DNA of 64,000 nucleotides from Capsulimonadaceae bacterium (GTDB lineage Bacteria; Armatimonadota; Armatimonadia; Armatimonadales; Capsulimonadaceae): NCBI GenBank assembly GCA_965215505.1, contig OZ244065.1, positions 4,064,001 to 4,128,000 of the forward strand, read 5' to 3'. Shown piece by piece: positions 61,241 to 64,000 of this stretch (position 1 is its first letter; each line of letters starts with the position of its first letter). The notes under the pieces were generated by a model. It saw only the letters and a program-made list of their open reading frames with translations, ran no database searches and was not told where the DNA came from. The position numbers and the translations under genes were made by a program.

Positions 61241-61573
61241 CTACATGCTCACCTTGTCCAGTGAGTTGATCATCTGCACCCCATGCACGAGGGCTGCCCC
61301 GCCCCGGACGCTGGCGGCGACGTGCAGGGCCTCGGTCATCTGCCCCGCGTTCGACCCCGACTCCAGGCACTGCTGCGCGAACGAGTCGATGCAGTAGGGG
61401 CACTGCAAGGCGTGGGCCACCGCCAGCCCGATCAGCGCCTTCTCCCGCCGGGACAGCTCCCCCTCCGCCAATGTCGCCCCGTACCAATCCATGAATTTGG
61501 CGAACAGGTCGGGCCGCTCCCGCCCCACCTCGCCGAACCGGTTTAGGTCCTTCTCCTCGTAATAGTCTGCCAT
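61241..61573 (-). CDS. CMD/AhpD-family peroxidase-like protein (arsenosugar-associated subfamily-like)
   Basis: REKALIGLAVAH..QCPYCID, GGAALVHGVQM. Confidence 0.85.
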   Translation of the reverse strand: MADYYEEKDLNRFGEVGRERPDLFAKFMDWYGATLAEGELSRREKALIGLAVAHALQCPYCIDSFAQQCLESGSNAGQMTEALHVAASVRGGAALVHGVQMINSLDKVSM

Positions 61574-61667
61574 CGTTCATGCCGCCTTTCGCCTCAGAGA
61601 TAGCCCATTGTACCACCGGCTTGACAACGGCAAAGCGCGCGGCCCATACTACTGTAGGAGGCCAGCC

Positions 61668-62268
61668 ATGACAGTCGCGACACAGACGAAAACCAGTTAC
61701 GAAGAGTTTCTGGAATGGGCCGACGAAGACCAACACGTCGAGTGGGTCGAGGGGGAGGTCGTTTCTCTCGGTCCAGTCACCGAACGGCATCAAAACATCG
61801 CCTGCTTCCTGTTGATACTACTGCGGACGTATTCGGAAGAGCGTGTGCCGGGCGTGGTTCGCACCCGGCCATTCCAGATGAAGATGGCCCCCGATCTGCC
61901 GGGGCGTTCTCCTGACCTCCTGTCTATCGGTCGTGCGTGCCCCTCACGCCTGAGAGATGTATTTGGACGGCCCCGCCGACCTAGCCGTGGAGATCATCAG
62001 CCCGGAAAGCCGGGCGCGGGACCGGGGCGACAAGTTCTACGAGTACGAGCAGGGCGGCGTCCCTGAATACTGGCTGATTGACCCGGTGCGCGAGCAGGCC
62101 GAGTTCTGCCAGCGCGGCGCGAACGGTTTCTACTTCCCCGTCGCACCCGACGCGCAGGGCCGCTACTACAGTGCCGTCATGGCGGGCTTGTGGCTGCAAG
62201 TAGACTGGCTCTGGCAAACACCCCTGCCGCCGCTGCTGGACGTGCTGAAGGCGTGGGGTCTGGTCTAG
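61668..62268 (+). pseudogene. Uma2-family (PD-(D/E)xK) endonuclease, frameshifted near 61955
   Basis: N-terminal frame: YEEFL...EWVEGEV...HQ...PD; C-terminal frame: GPADLAVEIISP...K...Y...GVPEYWLIDP. Confidence 0.8.
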
Positions 62269-62274
62269 CCGAGG

Positions 62275-62835
62275 ATGACTCCCAAAAAGCTGCTGATTCT
62301 AGACCTGGACGAGACTCTGGTCTTCGCCGCCGAGCGCCCCCTGGCGCGGGCGGCGGACTTCCTTGTGGGGCCGTACCACGTCTACAAGCGCCCCGGCCTG
62401 GCCGGTTTCCTGGACGTGTGCTTTGAGTTGTTCGATGTCGCCGTCTGGACATCCTCCTCGCCGCTCTACGCCGAGGAGGTCGTCGGGGCCATCTTCCCCG
62501 ACCCGTCCCGCCTCGTCTTCGTCTGGGCGAGTGACCGCTGTACGCCGGCCTATGACCCGGAGACGGGCGAACACTGCGCCCAGAAGAACCTGAAAAAGAT
62601 CAAGGGCCGCGGCTATCCCCTGGGGTCAGTCATCGCCGCAGACGACAGCCCGGCGAAGTGGCGGCAGAGCTACGGCAACCTGGTCCGGGTCGCGCCTTAC
62701 TACGGTGCGGAAGAGGACGCGGAGCTATCGCAGTTGGAGTCCTACCTCAGCTTCTTGGAAAGGCAGCCGGACGTTCGCGCCGTCGAGAAGAGGCAGTGGC
62801 GGCACCACGCCTCGGGTCCCAATCGGGTACAATAA
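62275..62835 (+). CDS. HAD phosphatase, NIF/FCP1-like
   Basis: LILDLDETL, KRPGL, VWTSS, KNL, DDSP. Confidence 0.88.
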   Translation: MTPKKLLILDLDETLVFAAERPLARAADFLVGPYHVYKRPGLAGFLDVCFELFDVAVWTSSSPLYAEEVVGAIFPDPSRLVFVWASDRCTPAYDPETGEHCAQKNLKKIKGRGYPLGSVIAADDSPAKWRQSYGNLVRVAPYYGAEEDAELSQLESYLSFLERQPDVRAVEKRQWRHHASGPNRVQ

Positions 62836-62843
62836 GCCTACAC

Positions 62844-63482
62844 ATGGACCTGTACCCGATCCACCTCAACCTGCGAGGGCGGCGCTGCCTCCTCGTCGGC
62901 GGCGGGGCGGTCGCCGCCCGCAAAGCGGCGGGCCTCGTGGCGGCGGGGGCCGAGATCGTCCTCGTCTCGCCCGCCGCCGCGCCCGCCCTGGAAGCGATGG
63001 CCCAAGCTGGCGAGGTCGAGTGGCGGCGGGAGGTCTACGGAACCGGGCACCTCGACGGCGTGTTTCTAGTCATGGCCTGCACCGACGACCGCGCCGTCAA
63101 TGCCGCCGTGACGCGCGAGGCATCGGCGCGTAATCTGCTGGTGCTGTGCGCCGATGACCCGAGCGCGGGCAGTTTCGTTTCCCCGGCCACGGTCCGGCGC
63201 GGCGACCTGCTGCTGACGGTTTCCACCGGCGGGGCCGGGCCGACCTTGGCCGCCGTCCTGCGTGAGCGTTTGGAAGCCGAGTTCGGGCCGGAATGGGCGG
63301 AAATGGCTGAGGTCATCGGCGCGATGCGCGAAACTGTCAAAACGAACCCCGGCGAGGCCGCGCGCAAGGCCGCCGTCCGGCGCGTCCTGGACGACGCGAC
63401 CGTCCGCGATCTGCTGCGCGCAGGCGAACGATTAGAAGCGGAGACGCGGATACGAAGATGTCTCTCCTCGTCCTCGGAATAA
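62844..63482 (+). CDS. Precorrin-2 dehydrogenase / sirohydrochlorin ferrochelatase (CysG N-terminal type)
   Basis: YPIHLNL, VGGGAVAARK, TDDRAVN, VSTGG.GP. Confidence 0.92.
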   Translation: MDLYPIHLNLRGRRCLLVGGGAVAARKAAGLVAAGAEIVLVSPAAAPALEAMAQAGEVEWRREVYGTGHLDGVFLVMACTDDRAVNAAVTREASARNLLVLCADDPSAGSFVSPATVRRGDLLLTVSTGGAGPTLAAVLRERLEAEFGPEWAEMAEVIGAMRETVKTNPGEAARKAAVRRVLDDATVRDLLRAGERLEAETRIRRCLSSSSE

Positions 63483-64000
63483 ACCACACCAGCGCGCCCA
63501 TCGAGGTGCGCGAGAAGCTGGCGATCGGCGACCGCGAGCTGCCGCGCGCGCTCCGGGCTCTGACACGCCTGCCCGACGTGCGCGAGGGCGCCCTGCTGTC
63601 CACCTGCAACCGGACCGAGGCGTATGCAGTCGCCGCAGCCCACGCCGGGCCTCCCGAAGACGCCCTAGCCGAGTTCCTGGCGGGCTGGCACGGCCTGTCC
63701 CGGCGCGAGTTCGACGGCCACCTCTACTGCTACCGCGCGGGGGCGGCGGCGAACCACCTGTTCTCGGTCGCCTCGGGCTTGGACTCGATGATATTGGGCG
63801 AGCCGGACATCCAGCGCCAGGTCAAGACGGCGCTGGAAGCCGCCCAGGCCGCCCAGAGCATCGGGACCCGGCTGAACAGGCTGTTCCAGGAGGCTCTGGT
63901 CGCCGGCAAGCGCGCCCGGACCGAGACCGGCATCGCGCGCGGGACGTTCTCCGTCGGCGCGGCGGCCGTGGAGCTTGCGACCCAGATCTTCGGCGCGTCG
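63458..64000 (+). CDS. hemA: Glutamyl-tRNA reductase, truncated by the window end
   Basis: GINHTSAPIEVRE, LSTCNRTE, SGLDSMILGEP.I..QVK. Confidence 0.96.
   Translation, partial: MSLLVLGINHTSAPIEVREKLAIGDRELPRALRALTRLPDVREGALLSTCNRTEAYAVAAAHAGPPEDALAEFLAGWHGLSRREFDGHLYCYRAGAAANHLFSVASGLDSMILGEPDIQRQVKTALEAAQAAQSIGTRLNRLFQEALVAGKRARTETGIARGTFSVGAAAVELATQIFGAS

Overview
This is a 64-kb, GC-rich bacterial chromosomal segment; 16S signatures suggest Armatimonadota, judged from memory and not database-checked. The main block is a ~29-kb minus-strand surface-polysaccharide locus (3436-32161). It encodes a multi-SLBB export protein, a co-polymerase, CDP-3,6-dideoxyhexose enzymes (rfbF/G/H), an unusual ThDP enzyme + aldolase + SDR + dehydroquinate-synthase-like module, Wzx, five tandem mosaic GT2 paralogues, Wzy, GT9, an epimerase, GT4 and a Wzi-like protein. 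There is one complete rrn operon (16S, tRNA-Ile, tRNA-Ala, 23S, 5S) with four tandem sigma70-type promoters. Housekeeping genes include hemW, panB/panC, gpmA, cmk, plsC-like, pilT, ilvD, cysG-like and hemA. There is one intact VapBC pair, one antitoxin with a truncated toxin, and two frameshifted genes. Two families of palindromic repeats occur: GTAG-type REPs and TTGAAA-centred MITE-like elements. The most interesting candidates are an unannotated type I toxin-antitoxin-like locus at ~36.2-36.6 kb whose reading frame is switched by a 13-bp tandem duplication, a putative branched or carbocyclic sugar pathway, and the recombining GT2 array. No CRISPR array, transposase or prophage was seen.
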